Positions 26,430-34,290 of a DNA stretch of 64,000 nt are shown piece after piece. Within the stretch, counting starts at the first letter, position 1. Each line of letters opens with the position of its first letter. The stretch comes from a virus (lineage: Duplodnaviria; Heunggongvirae; Uroviricota; Caudoviricetes). Made by a program: the position numbers and the translations under genes. The DNA lies in IMG/VR virus record IMGVR_UViG_3300046779_000230, positions 23,562-87,561 of that record. One strand, written 5' to 3'. The notes under the pieces were generated by a model, which had not been told where the DNA came from, searched no databases, and worked only from the letters and a program-made list of their open reading frames with translations.

Positions 26430-26806
26430 TATTTTCCACCTTTATATAATTTTTCTTTTATCATAGTAAGTTGTTCATCTGAAAGGACAGTTAGTGCCTC
26501 TTTCGCCTTTTCGTCAGAGTACTTAAAGTACTCTTTAACTAAGAGCATGGATTCTGAGCTGGCATCTTTTTTAGCCCACTTACTAAATCGCTTGCGCTTA
26601 GGTATAGTATTTAGGAAAAAGAAAAACTGCCAGTCCTTATCGATGAAGCTGAGACGGTTCATCTCATTAGCATACATGACGGTGTCTGGAAAATATGATA
26701 ATCCTCGGTTTACAATATAAGGTAAGTAGTCCTTTGAAGCTGTTGGGTCTTCGAATAAATTTCTTTTGTTATCACAAATCGCATTAATAAAGTCAAAAGG
26801 TGTCAT
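26429..26806 (-). CDS. gp62: clamp-loader small subunit (T4 gp62 homolog)
   Basis: PKRKRFSKWAKK parallels T4 PRGKRYGKWAK. The gene has the expected position between gp44 and regA. Confidence 0.8.
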   Translation of the reverse strand: MTPFDFINAICDNKRNLFEDPTASKDYLPYIVNRGLSYFPDTVMYANEMNRLSFIDKDWQFFFFLNTIPKRKRFSKWAKKDASSESMLLVKEYFKYSDEKAKEALTVLSDEQLTMIKEKLYKGGK

Positions 26807-26976
26807 TCGTTAAGTACCCAATTCTCTGCTGCGTCTTCAGCTTTGTCTAGACTGTGATATGTTTCGTACAATTCTTCACCAGAAACAGTGTCAGTGAATA
26901 CTACTTGGTAGTCACCAGTGATGATTGACTCAACTGTTGCTATTCTTGTTCCTTGTTGATATGTGCTAATTTCCAT
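26803..26976 (-). CDS. hypothetical small protein (57 aa, below the track cutoff)
   Basis: The product starts MEISTYQQGTRIATVESIITGDYQVVF. Its ATG abuts the upstream stop and its stop forms an ATGA overlap with the gp62 start. Confidence 0.4.
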   Translation of the reverse strand: MEISTYQQGTRIATVESIITGDYQVVFTDTVSGEELYETYHSLDKAEDAAENWVLNE

Positions 26977-27300
26977 TTAAATAAATCCTACTTCTTTTAG
27001 GTTTTCTGATGTTGCATTGAACTTCTTGTTAGGGAATCTCTTTGCAAGTTCTTTTTCTAACTCGTCACGAGTCATGCCTTGACCCATAAACTCATCACTT
27101 TCAGAATTAAATACATACAGGGCTTCGCCATGTTTTTCGATCTTAATCGGAATGGTGTTTTCTTTGATAGTATTTACCATGTCTGTTTCAAGGTCATCTA
27201 GCATAGATGACACAATTTTCTTGGCATAACGCTCACGTTGTACCCATCCAAAAACAAAACCCAAAACAAACGCGATAACAAAAGCAATAACGAGTTCCAT
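26977..27300 (-). CDS. hypothetical membrane-anchored protein
   Basis: The N-terminal hydrophobic helix is MELVIAFVIAFVLGFVFGWV. Confidence 0.45.
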   Translation of the reverse strand: MELVIAFVIAFVLGFVFGWVQRERYAKKIVSSMLDDLETDMVNTIKENTIPIKIEKHGEALYVFNSESDEFMGQGMTRDELEKELAKRFPNKKFNATSENLKEVGFI

Positions 27301-27309
27301 ATATGTATC

Positions 27310-28263
27310 TCACTTAAATTTACAGTTAGCCATGATCTCAGTAAGAGCAGCCATGATATTCAATTCTTGATCAGCCACGAAAGCTGCCTTGTATTGATAG
27401 TCAGCCAAGATAAGAACCATCTGTGGAATGCTAGGTGGTTCCATGTAAGTAGTAGATGTATCATAAAACTGACGGAAAAGACCAGTAATATCAGCATCTG
27501 AATTCTTTGCAACCCAAGAGCGAACTTCAGTAAAGTTCTTTTCTTTCAAGAATCCAATCAGAGTCTTGTAAGATTCTTCTGACATATTGATAAGAATACC
27601 AGAATCAATCTTACCAGCCACAGAGTATTTCTGTAGTTCATTCAAGATTCGGCGATAGTCAGGAAAGTGTTTGGTAGTTAGCTCAGCAACAGACTTTGGA
27701 TCAAACTCAATACCTTCTTGCTTCAAGATTTTAGTTGCACGTTTAAAGAAAGTAGCAGCAATCTCTTGCTTGTCTTTGTTCTCAATCTTAAAATCTACGT
27801 TGGCACATCGTGAACGCAGTGGCTCAATGATTTTATTCTTGAAGTTACATGTAAAGATAAAGCGACAGTTAGCAGAGAATTCTTCCATGAAAGAACGCAG
27901 TGCTGGTTGAACAGAATCTGATGTCATGTAATCAGCTTCGTCGATAATAACAACCTTCTTGGCATCAGTCAAAGAAACAGTCGAAGCAAATGCCGTGATT
28001 GTAGTTCTAAGAGTATCAATCTTACGACCCTCGTCAGAACCGTTGATCATCAGATACTCTGCACCAATTTCATTACACAAGGCTTTAGCCACAGTTGTCT
28101 TACCAACACCAGCTGTTCCAGAAAACAAAAAGTGTGGTAGTTCACCTTGAGCAATATATTCCCTGAATGTCTTTTTCAGAGACTCTGGCAGAACACAATC
28201 ATCAATTTTCTGTGGGCGATACTTTTCAACCCACAGAAATTGTTCTTCACGGCTATCAATCAT
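27310..28263 (-). CDS. gp44: clamp-loader large subunit (T4 gp44, RFC-like AAA+)
   Basis: It contains EKYRP, the Walker A motif GTAGVGKTTVAKAL, the Walker B motif VIIDEAD and LRSRC. I chose the ATG at 28263, which follows a GGAG RBS. The track starts this ORF at 28284. Confidence 0.92.
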   Translation of the reverse strand: MIDSREEQFLWVEKYRPQKIDDCVLPESLKKTFREYIAQGELPHFLFSGTAGVGKTTVAKALCNEIGAEYLMINGSDEGRKIDTLRTTITAFASTVSLTDAKKVVIIDEADYMTSDSVQPALRSFMEEFSANCRFIFTCNFKNKIIEPLRSRCANVDFKIENKDKQEIAATFFKRATKILKQEGIEFDPKSVAELTTKHFPDYRRILNELQKYSVAGKIDSGILINMSEESYKTLIGFLKEKNFTEVRSWVAKNSDADITGLFRQFYDTSTTYMEPPSIPQMVLILADYQYKAAFVADQELNIMAALTEIMANCKFK

Positions 28264-28276
28264 TATAAAAACTCCA

Positions 28277-29734
28277 TTATTCAAATTTCAAAACATATCT
28301 ATTCTGCTCTAGCAAAGTCTTGTGATCAATCAATGCTAATTTAGAAAAGTCACTCAAGTAATTATTATACATCGACATTTGATTGGAGACAACTTTTTCT
28401 CCATGTGACTGCATAAAATTACTACTAATAGTATTCACATCAAACAAACCAAGACCATCCATAACTTGTATCCAGTTTGTTTCACTAAACATAGTCCAAT
28501 TACCAGAAAAGTACATTCTAGTTGGCATTGCACTCTTGAATGTTTCTAAGTTTTCTCTAATAAAATCTGTCTTGGTTATTTCGTTTTTCACTGTCTTCCA
28601 AAAATCACTATCTGACCGTTTTGTCATATAATGTAGTTGAACGAAATCAACAATATTATCAAATGAAGAAATAAACTCTTTATTGTAATGGTCAGAAGCC
28701 TTTCGGTTGACTACCCAATACTCAAAAGACTGAACAAACCCCATAGCTTGTAAAATAGAATTACCAATACTAGATGCTTCTAAAGGTTCAACGAACGATG
28801 CAGACAATCCAATAGAAAGACAATTATTAATCCAAAATCTATCTACTCTACCAGCTTCAAATTTAATATCTTTGGCAATATTAACTTGTTCGGTGTATAC
28901 AGATTGTACCTCATCATGTGCTTGAGATGAATTTATAAAATCATCACAGAATACATATCCATTACCATAACGACCACGTGTGGAAATTCTCCAATTCCAT
29001 CCAGAAGACAATGCTCTAGATAATGTATATGGAGATAACTGAGAGACATCATCAGTTGGGAATGCCAATGCATGATTCATTGGAAGATATTTCTTATAAG
29101 AAATCCATTTAGCTCCAAGTTTAGAAGCTAAGAATTTCTTAAATCCAGTGCTATCAATAAAGAAATCAGCATCGAATACTTCACCAGATTCAGAAACTAC
29201 AGAACCAATATCGCCATTCTCTAAGATATTTACATCTGTTAAAGTTGTCTTGACGATGTTAATATCGCGCTCTATACATTTCTTATGTAAGTATTCATTT
29301 AACTTAAATGTATTAAAATGGTATTGGAATGTTGTGTTAATTCCACCAACCATTCTAACCATATCTGTGCCAACGGTAACATCAACAAGTTGAATACCTT
29401 TGTGTATACAAGTCTTTTCTAATAAGTGGTCTTCTTGGGTTTGCCAAAAAGGTTGACCAATCGCATGAAAATAGCTTTTACCATCTCCATTCCAATTCTC
29501 AAACTTGATGCCTTTCTTCAAGGCACCATCAGTCTCGCGAACTAATTCTCGATTGTCGAGACCTACATAATCACAGAACTGAGACCAATGCTCAGTCGAT
29601 CCCTCTCCAACCCCAATAATACCAATATCTGTAGATTCGATAATGGTTATGGGGTAGAGTGGATATGCTTTACGTATAATCAAGGCAGAAATCAGACCTG
29701 CAGTCCCGCCACCTACGATTACAAATTTCTTCAT
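28277..29734 (-). CDS. flavin-dependent (tryptophan-type) halogenase
   Basis: It has VGGGTAGL (GxGxxG), IGVGEGS, LKKGIKFENW (region of the catalytic Lys) and SSGWNWRIS (WxWxI motif). Confidence 0.8.
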   Translation of the reverse strand: MKKFVIVGGGTAGLISALIIRKAYPLYPITIIESTDIGIIGVGEGSTEHWSQFCDYVGLDNRELVRETDGALKKGIKFENWNGDGKSYFHAIGQPFWQTQEDHLLEKTCIHKGIQLVDVTVGTDMVRMVGGINTTFQYHFNTFKLNEYLHKKCIERDINIVKTTLTDVNILENGDIGSVVSESGEVFDADFFIDSTGFKKFLASKLGAKWISYKKYLPMNHALAFPTDDVSQLSPYTLSRALSSGWNWRISTRGRYGNGYVFCDDFINSSQAHDEVQSVYTEQVNIAKDIKFEAGRVDRFWINNCLSIGLSASFVEPLEASSIGNSILQAMGFVQSFEYWVVNRKASDHYNKEFISSFDNIVDFVQLHYMTKRSDSDFWKTVKNEITKTDFIRENLETFKSAMPTRMYFSGNWTMFSETNWIQVMDGLGLFDVNTISSNFMQSHGEKVVSNQMSMYNNYLSDFSKLALIDHKTLLEQNRYVLKFE

Positions 29735-29737
29735 ATA

Positions 29738-30394
29738 TTAAAAGTCGAATGTAGAATCAGATTCAACAGCAACGTAATACACTAGATCACCAGCAGACTT
29801 AAAGCGAGAGATTTTCTTGCTGGAAATACTAACAGTATATTCACCTGGGAGCATCTTAAGGTTTTCAACTTTCAAGTTGACTTTGAAAGACTTGTCTGTG
29901 GATCCAACTGGCTCGCTGAAAGAGTTACCAGTTGCATTCTTTTTATCGCCAACTACAGCAGTAATAGTAGTGCCGTCACCAACAATAGAAACGTCGGATG
30001 CACGAAGAACTGAAGCAGTCTTGTGAATCATGTTCAACATGGCAGCAGTCATTGTGAACTCGATGTCAGCATTCGGGAATGTGATAGACTTTTGCGGAGC
30101 AGTCAAGACAGTTGCATCAGCTGCAAAGTATTTGATGCTCATGTTACCTTGCTTGATAGTAACATACTTTGTATCAAAGTCCAATTCAGGATCTTCGAAC
30201 AACGACATGGCACCAAGGAATTCGTTTAGATCGTAGATACCAAAGTCTGGGAATGTCTCAGAAACAACAGCGTCTGCCATCACGTTCTTTTGAGCAGAGA
30301 TTGTTGCCAGTTTATTACCTTGCTTCAACAGAAGGTTTCCATTGATGCCTGCAAAGTTCTTAAACAGGGCAAGGGTTTCTTTTGATAGTTTCAT
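29738..30394 (-). CDS. gp45: sliding clamp (T4 gp45 homolog)
   Basis: MKLSKETLALFKNFAGINGN parallels T4 MKLSKDTTALLKNFATINSG. The C-terminus YYVAVESDSTFDF parallels T4 NYVVALEADSTHDF. Confidence 0.95.
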   Translation of the reverse strand: MKLSKETLALFKNFAGINGNLLLKQGNKLATISAQKNVMADAVVSETFPDFGIYDLNEFLGAMSLFEDPELDFDTKYVTIKQGNMSIKYFAADATVLTAPQKSITFPNADIEFTMTAAMLNMIHKTASVLRASDVSIVGDGTTITAVVGDKKNATGNSFSEPVGSTDKSFKVNLKVENLKMLPGEYTVSISSKKISRFKSAGDLVYYVAVESDSTFDF

Positions 30395-30432
30395 TATTTC
30401 TCCTAAAATATATTACTATGTATAATAGATTA

Positions 30433-30456
30433 TGCCTGAAAACCAAGTTTCAGGCA
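30433..30456 (-). terminator. hairpin terminator candidate (weak U tail)
   Basis: The hairpin is GCCUGAAA-(6 nt loop)-UUUCAGGC, 9 nt after the rubredoxin stop. It is followed by AUAAUC rather than a U run. Confidence 0.45.
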
Positions 30457-30464
30457 AATTATTT

Positions 30465-30596
30465 TCACTCCATCAGGACGTAGTCGTTCTTGGAAACACC
30501 ACATTCTGGGCAGTTGACTTCATCTGGAAGACTCAACCAATCAGCTTCTGATAATTGGTGACCACAAACGATACAAACATAAATTCGTTCAGACAT
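30465..30596 (-). CDS. rubredoxin-like small protein (43 aa, below the track cutoff)
   Basis: The product is MSERIYVCIVCGHQLSEADWLSLPDEVNCPECGVSKNDYVLME, with CxxCG and CPxCG knuckles. Its start overlaps the rubrerythrin stop (TAATG). Confidence 0.6.
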   Translation of the reverse strand: MSERIYVCIVCGHQLSEADWLSLPDEVNCPECGVSKNDYVLME

Positions 30597-31045
30597 TATA
30601 GGCTCTCCTTAACTTTTTGGTATGCTTCAGCGTGACGCTTTTCAACTTTAGCAAGGGCAGCGAATCGCTTTTCAGCCAATGCCAACACTTTCTTGAACTG
30701 CTCAGCGTGTTCTTTAGATTCAGCTGCTTGGTAGCGAGCTTCTAACATAGCTTCGTCGTTCTTTTCCAACTCAGCTTCTTCTTCCATGCGTGGATACATT
30801 TCTGTAAACTCATGGGTCTCACCGAGAATGGCAAGATGCAAGCATTCTTTTGTAGATGGTTTACCGATCAGCAACTCAAGATGACCCCAAGCGTGAAGGA
30901 TCTCTTGATCAGCTGTATGTTCAAAGTGTTTAGCAACATCCTCGAACCCTTCAGCGCGTGCCAACTTGGCGAAATAACGATACTTGATATGAGCCATGGA
31001 TTCGCCAGCCAATGCGCTCTCAAGGTTTTTAATTGTTACAGACAT
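30596..31045 (-). CDS. rubrerythrin-like di-iron protein (ferritin-like domain only)
   Basis: LAGESMAHIKYRYFA, DQEILHAWGH, ILGETHEF and AESKEHAEQF provide the paired E...ExxH motifs. Confidence 0.8.
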   Translation of the reverse strand: MSVTIKNLESALAGESMAHIKYRYFAKLARAEGFEDVAKHFEHTADQEILHAWGHLELLIGKPSTKECLHLAILGETHEFTEMYPRMEEEAELEKNDEAMLEARYQAAESKEHAEQFKKVLALAEKRFAALAKVEKRHAEAYQKVKESL

Positions 31046-31059
31046 ATTTTCCTTTTAAT

Positions 31060-31593
31060 TTACCAGTCAGAACTTGGACCAGAGTCAGAACTTGATGAGT
31101 AAGAACTCGATGAATCAGAACTTGAACTCCAAGATGATTTTGGGCTAGATGTATCAGAATCACCCCAGCCATATGATGATTCATTTGTTTTTACGCTAAC
31201 AGATCCAGTGTCTTCATTTTTAGTGACAACACCAGAAATACTGTCAGAATTAGAATTAAGCAGTGTATTAATAACAACAGCAGTCATAACACCATCCATA
31301 AAACCATCATCGTGAGATTTAACAGATTGTGTTGGTGATGGAGCATAAGAAACAGTTGTTTCTTTTCCACGAGGTGGAACAGCGCGAGTATTATCTACAG
31401 CTACAGCCTTCATTTTAGCTTGAAAGTTTTTACGAGACTGACGAGCAATTTCGATTTCTCGAAGACGCTCTTGCTCAGCTTGTTCTTCTTTAAACTTTTT
31501 ACGACGTTGATTGATTCGGAGTTGAGCACGAATCGCCAGAATGGCTAAAGCCACCCCAGCAATCGCCACAGCAATTACTAGGATGTCGTCCAT
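31060..31593 (-). CDS. hypothetical single-pass membrane protein with a Ser-rich C-terminus
   Basis: The N-terminal helix is ILVIAVAIAGVALAILAI. The C-terminus is SSPKSSWSSSSDSSSSYSSSSDSGPSSDW. Confidence 0.45.
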   Translation of the reverse strand: MDDILVIAVAIAGVALAILAIRAQLRINQRRKKFKEEQAEQERLREIEIARQSRKNFQAKMKAVAVDNTRAVPPRGKETTVSYAPSPTQSVKSHDDGFMDGVMTAVVINTLLNSNSDSISGVVTKNEDTGSVSVKTNESSYGWGDSDTSSPKSSWSSSSDSSSSYSSSSDSGPSSDW

Positions 31594-32390
31594 TATTTAC
31601 CTACAACAACTTGACCACGGAAGTCGAATGGAATAACAACAGTGTTTACTTTACCGTTCTTAATACCTTCGGCGATATCAGCTTGAGCCTTTGCTTGCAT
31701 ATAAGCAATTGATTGAGCGCCTTGATTAGCCAACGCTTGCATACGACGAGCCTCAGCTTCAGCAGTCTTTACTTCAACTTCTTTTTGCTTGAATTCATTC
31801 TTTGAACGAACCAATGCGTTGGCAGATTCAACGACGCTATCAGCAGGCACTACGTTACGTACAAGAACCTGAGTAATAGTGATACTACCATCCAGCTTTT
31901 CGTCAGTCAGTGTCTTTTGAATTTGTTCTTTGATAGACAATTCCATTGCTTGACGAGCATCAGCCATTTCCAACGCTTCGTATTTACGCGCTTCTTTGTA
32001 GATAGCGTTACGTGCAGCATTGTGGATATAGTTAAACATCAAGTAAGTATCGCCATCGTGTTTAACGTGGAATGCCTTTGACTTGGTGTTATAAAGTTCA
32101 GCAACCTGAGACTGATTCAAGCTGTAGATAACGATGGCATCAAAGTCTTTCATTGTGCTGTTATCTTTGGCAATTGGAGTCATGTCGTCCAATTTCACGT
32201 TAACATCTTTGACAGGGAATGTCAGAACATCACCAACCAAGACTTGATTGAAAGAACCTGGAAGCAATTCCTCATTCTTAACTTGCTTATCAAAACCAAC
32301 TCGCAAACCAACTTCACCAGTTTCAATACGGGTGCAACCAGTCAGCAATACAGCGCCAGCCAAAATAGCCATAGAGACAAGACGTTTCAT
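31593..32390 (-). CDS. SPFH/band-7 (prohibitin-like) lipoprotein
   Basis: It has a signal peptide with the lipobox LLTGC. This is followed by ETGEVGLRVGF and a long coiled C-terminal region typical of SPFH proteins. Confidence 0.75.
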   Translation of the reverse strand: MKRLVSMAILAGAVLLTGCTRIETGEVGLRVGFDKQVKNEELLPGSFNQVLVGDVLTFPVKDVNVKLDDMTPIAKDNSTMKDFDAIVIYSLNQSQVAELYNTKSKAFHVKHDGDTYLMFNYIHNAARNAIYKEARKYEALEMADARQAMELSIKEQIQKTLTDEKLDGSITITQVLVRNVVPADSVVESANALVRSKNEFKQKEVEVKTAEAEARRMQALANQGAQSIAYMQAKAQADIAEGIKNGKVNTVVIPFDFRGQVVVGK

Positions 32391-32391
32391 A

Positions 32392-32478
32392 TTAAATAAA
32401 TCCTTTTACCATTAGAAAGAAACACACAACAAAACCAAGAACAAAATACAGTGGGCGGAGCCAGACATCATTAATCAT
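32392..32478 (-). CDS. possible 28-aa hydrophobic peptide
   Basis: The product would be MINDVWLRPLYFVLGFVVCFFLMVKGFI. It fits exactly between neighbouring genes, but it is very short. Confidence 0.2.
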   Translation of the reverse strand: MINDVWLRPLYFVLGFVVCFFLMVKGFI

Positions 32479-32486
32479 AATTCACC

Positions 32487-32663
32487 TTAGAAAGTTAGGA
32501 CAATTGCAGTCAAACAAGCCAGAGCAATAAATGCAGTCATGAAACTGTAGAATACTGCTTTGATCAGATCAAATTTTGCAGCTGGAGAAATGTGCCAGAA
32601 GTAACTGAGACCAAAGAACACCACACCCCACACTGCAAGGAATACCATAATAGCACGAATCAT
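32487..32663 (-). CDS. hypothetical small membrane protein with two predicted TM helices (58 aa, below the track cutoff)
   Basis: The product is MIRAIMVFLAVWGVVFFGLSYFWHISPAAKFDLIKAVFYSFMTAFIALACLTAIVLTF. Its start forms an ATGA overlap with the upstream stop. Confidence 0.4.
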   Translation of the reverse strand: MIRAIMVFLAVWGVVFFGLSYFWHISPAAKFDLIKAVFYSFMTAFIALACLTAIVLTF

Positions 32664-32956
32664 TTTTTAATTCTTTCTAAGAATTCTTGAGAGAGTTTAT
32701 TGTGTTGTTCAATAGAACAATAAAGAATCCACTCACAAGGAACTTTTACATTATCTTTATCCAATAAGAAATAACCAATAAGGGTATAAGGAATACCTTC
32801 ATCGATATTTCTTTCGATCGAAAAGACATCTAAGTTATCCCAATTGACAACAAAGTTACACGAAGCAAGATCAGCCTCGCGTAGATTGTCATTTTCTAAT
32901 TTCAAAGACTTAATAGTCTCTCGAGCTTCACGTAGTTCGCTAAACAAGTTCAACAT
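32660..32956 (-). CDS. hypothetical protein
   Basis: The 98-aa ORF overlaps its neighbours. Confidence 0.45.
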   Translation of the reverse strand: MLNLFSELREARETIKSLKLENDNLREADLASCNFVVNWDNLDVFSIERNIDEGIPYTLIGYFLLDKDNVKVPCEWILYCSIEQHNKLSQEFLERIKK

Positions 32957-33279
32957 TATACATCCTTTGAATACTTCACATCATGCTCATACAAGAAAGC
33001 CAAGCAACACATAGCGTGAGCCAAGTGGTGAATGCCAGACTCTGGATCAACTTGTTCGCCCATTTTCCATGCCCACACATGACGCTCAAGCGCAGCAAAG
33101 TAACGTCGCTTAGAATCAGGAACCAACTGCCAATTATCAGGCGCATATTTTTGAGCACCAAAGGTCAAAACTTTGACCATCTCTGCTTGAGCAAGAGGTG
33201 GAATCAGATCATAGCGAAGTTTATCGCCATCAAACTTACGACCATCGGGTGTAGCTTCTTTTTGTTTTTTAGTAACCAT
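32956..33279 (-). CDS. small all-alpha protein resembling the phage dATP/dGTP diphosphohydrolase-type (DUF5664-like) domain
   Basis: RKFDGDKLRYDLIPP...FGAQKYAPDNW...HHLAH resembles the K(Y/F)DxGKxRxxL...KY..NW pattern I associate with that family. This comparison is from memory only. Confidence 0.4.
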   Translation of the reverse strand: MVTKKQKEATPDGRKFDGDKLRYDLIPPLAQAEMVKVLTFGAQKYAPDNWQLVPDSKRRYFAALERHVWAWKMGEQVDPESGIHHLAHAMCCLAFLYEHDVKYSKDV

Positions 33280-33329
33280 ACTATCTCCAGTGTATCAACT
33301 ATGGGCACTCATAGAATGCCCATAAGCAA

Positions 33330-33590
33330 TTAGCCGCGAGTGAAAATGGTAGCACCAGCAACATGATTTGCAATTGCAATCATACGCTTGCTTGGCTTAC
33401 CGATGCGGTACTTAGTTGTTTCTGTGCCATCGGACAGAGTAGCTTTGTTGCTATAGATGCAATGACCTTGCATGCGCAATTGATGAATTGCATCATGTGG
33501 GTTCTTCAAACCAAAAGAGCCAGCGATCTGGCGAGCAGTGACTGTAGCACCATTTTTAAGATGATTCAATAGCTTTGCTTGTTTAGACAT
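33330..33590 (-). CDS. hypothetical protein, possible winged-helix DNA-binding protein
   Basis: The 86-aa product contains GATVTARQIAGSFGLKNPHDAIHQLRMQG, an HTH-like segment. Confidence 0.35.
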   Translation of the reverse strand: MSKQAKLLNHLKNGATVTARQIAGSFGLKNPHDAIHQLRMQGHCIYSNKATLSDGTETTKYRIGKPSKRMIAIANHVAGATIFTRG

Positions 33591-33617
33591 AATATCTCCA
33601 TACCATCAACAAAAAGA

Positions 33618-33650
33618 GGACGTAAGAGAGATGGTGTATCCCTTACGCCC
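33618..33650 (-). terminator. hairpin terminator candidate
   Basis: The 9-bp stem GGGCGUAAG/CUUACGUCC has one G-U pair and a 15-nt loop. It is followed by UCUUUUUGUU. Confidence 0.5.
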
Positions 33651-33655
33651 TGTAA

Positions 33656-34153
33656 TTAAATTTCGATGCCGTTTTCGCGGAGGATCTGATTGAAGTCCTC
33701 TGTGTCGTCATCGTATGCATCAGATTCAGCGATGACACTTTGCAAGCGTGAAGTATCCATAGTAGATTCTTTCTTCACAGCCTTGGGTGCGACAGTTTTA
33801 GTTTTAGTCTTGGTCTTAGCCACAGTAGTCTTAGCGACTTTGGCAACTTTAGCTTTAGCAGCCTTAACAGGATTCTGCTTGGCATCAAGTTCAAGATTGA
33901 ATGCCTTCATTTCCTCTGCAGTGGGAACTGGCAGTTGGTACACACCACGCTCAACTTTGTTCTTGTTGAACAACCAGTTGGGGTAACCAATCTTTTCACC
34001 CTTAACACCATTGCGTTGTTCGCGCAAGATGTAATAGATGGAAGCACACTCTTTGAGTGTAATTTGTGGGTCTTTCTTGTATTGTGGTTTTTCTGCAAGA
34101 ACAGCCACAACAAAGCGTTTCTGGGAAAGAGTCAGGTTTGCAAATTTCAACAT
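33656..34153 (-). CDS. hypothetical protein with a histone-H1-like Lys/Ala/Thr-rich segment
   Basis: It contains KAAKAKVAKVAKTTVAKTKTKTKTVAPKAVKK. I moved the start to the ATG at 34153, which follows the RBS GAAAGGA. Confidence 0.45.
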   Translation of the reverse strand: MLKFANLTLSQKRFVVAVLAEKPQYKKDPQITLKECASIYYILREQRNGVKGEKIGYPNWLFNKNKVERGVYQLPVPTAEEMKAFNLELDAKQNPVKAAKAKVAKVAKTTVAKTKTKTKTVAPKAVKKESTMDTSRLQSVIAESDAYDDDTEDFNQILRENGIEI

Positions 34154-34200
34154 AATATATCCTTTCAAGATTACAAAACATTACCGAAGTAACAGATGTT

Positions 34201-34229
34201 ATTATACAGGAACTAACAATAAAAGGCAA
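34201..34229 (-). promoter_or_regulatory. sigma70-type early promoter TTGCCT-17-TATAAT
   Basis: The minus strand reads TTGCCTTTTATTGTTAGTTCCTGTATAAT. The leader contains a UUCG-tetraloop hairpin. Confidence 0.6.
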
Positions 34230-34290
34230 GTCTTTTTTGTAATAACCCTACAGCCCGTGGGGTTATTAAAAGTAAACCTAAAGTGTTACT

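Noticed and set aside
30400-30425. A TGTATAAT sequence on the plus strand near 30407.
   Set aside because: A promoter here would face a direction with no plus-strand gene. On the minus strand no acceptable -35/-10 pair is present.
31070-31140. A repetitive tcagaacttg(a/g) DNA motif occurring three times.
   Set aside because: It simply encodes the Ser/Asp-rich low-complexity tail of ORF 31060-31593. It is not a CRISPR-like or regulatory repeat.
33301-33323. The hairpin AUGGGCA-(9 nt)-UGCCCAU after gene 33330-33590, considered as a terminator.
   Set aside because: The 7-bp stem has no U-rich tail. The evidence is insufficient.
34241-34267. The hairpin AAUAACCC-(11 nt)-GGGUUAUU after gene 34291-35415, considered as a terminator.
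   Set aside because: The minus strand has no U tract after the stem; an A run follows instead. The hairpin is kept only as an unexplained structure upstream of promoter 34201-34229.
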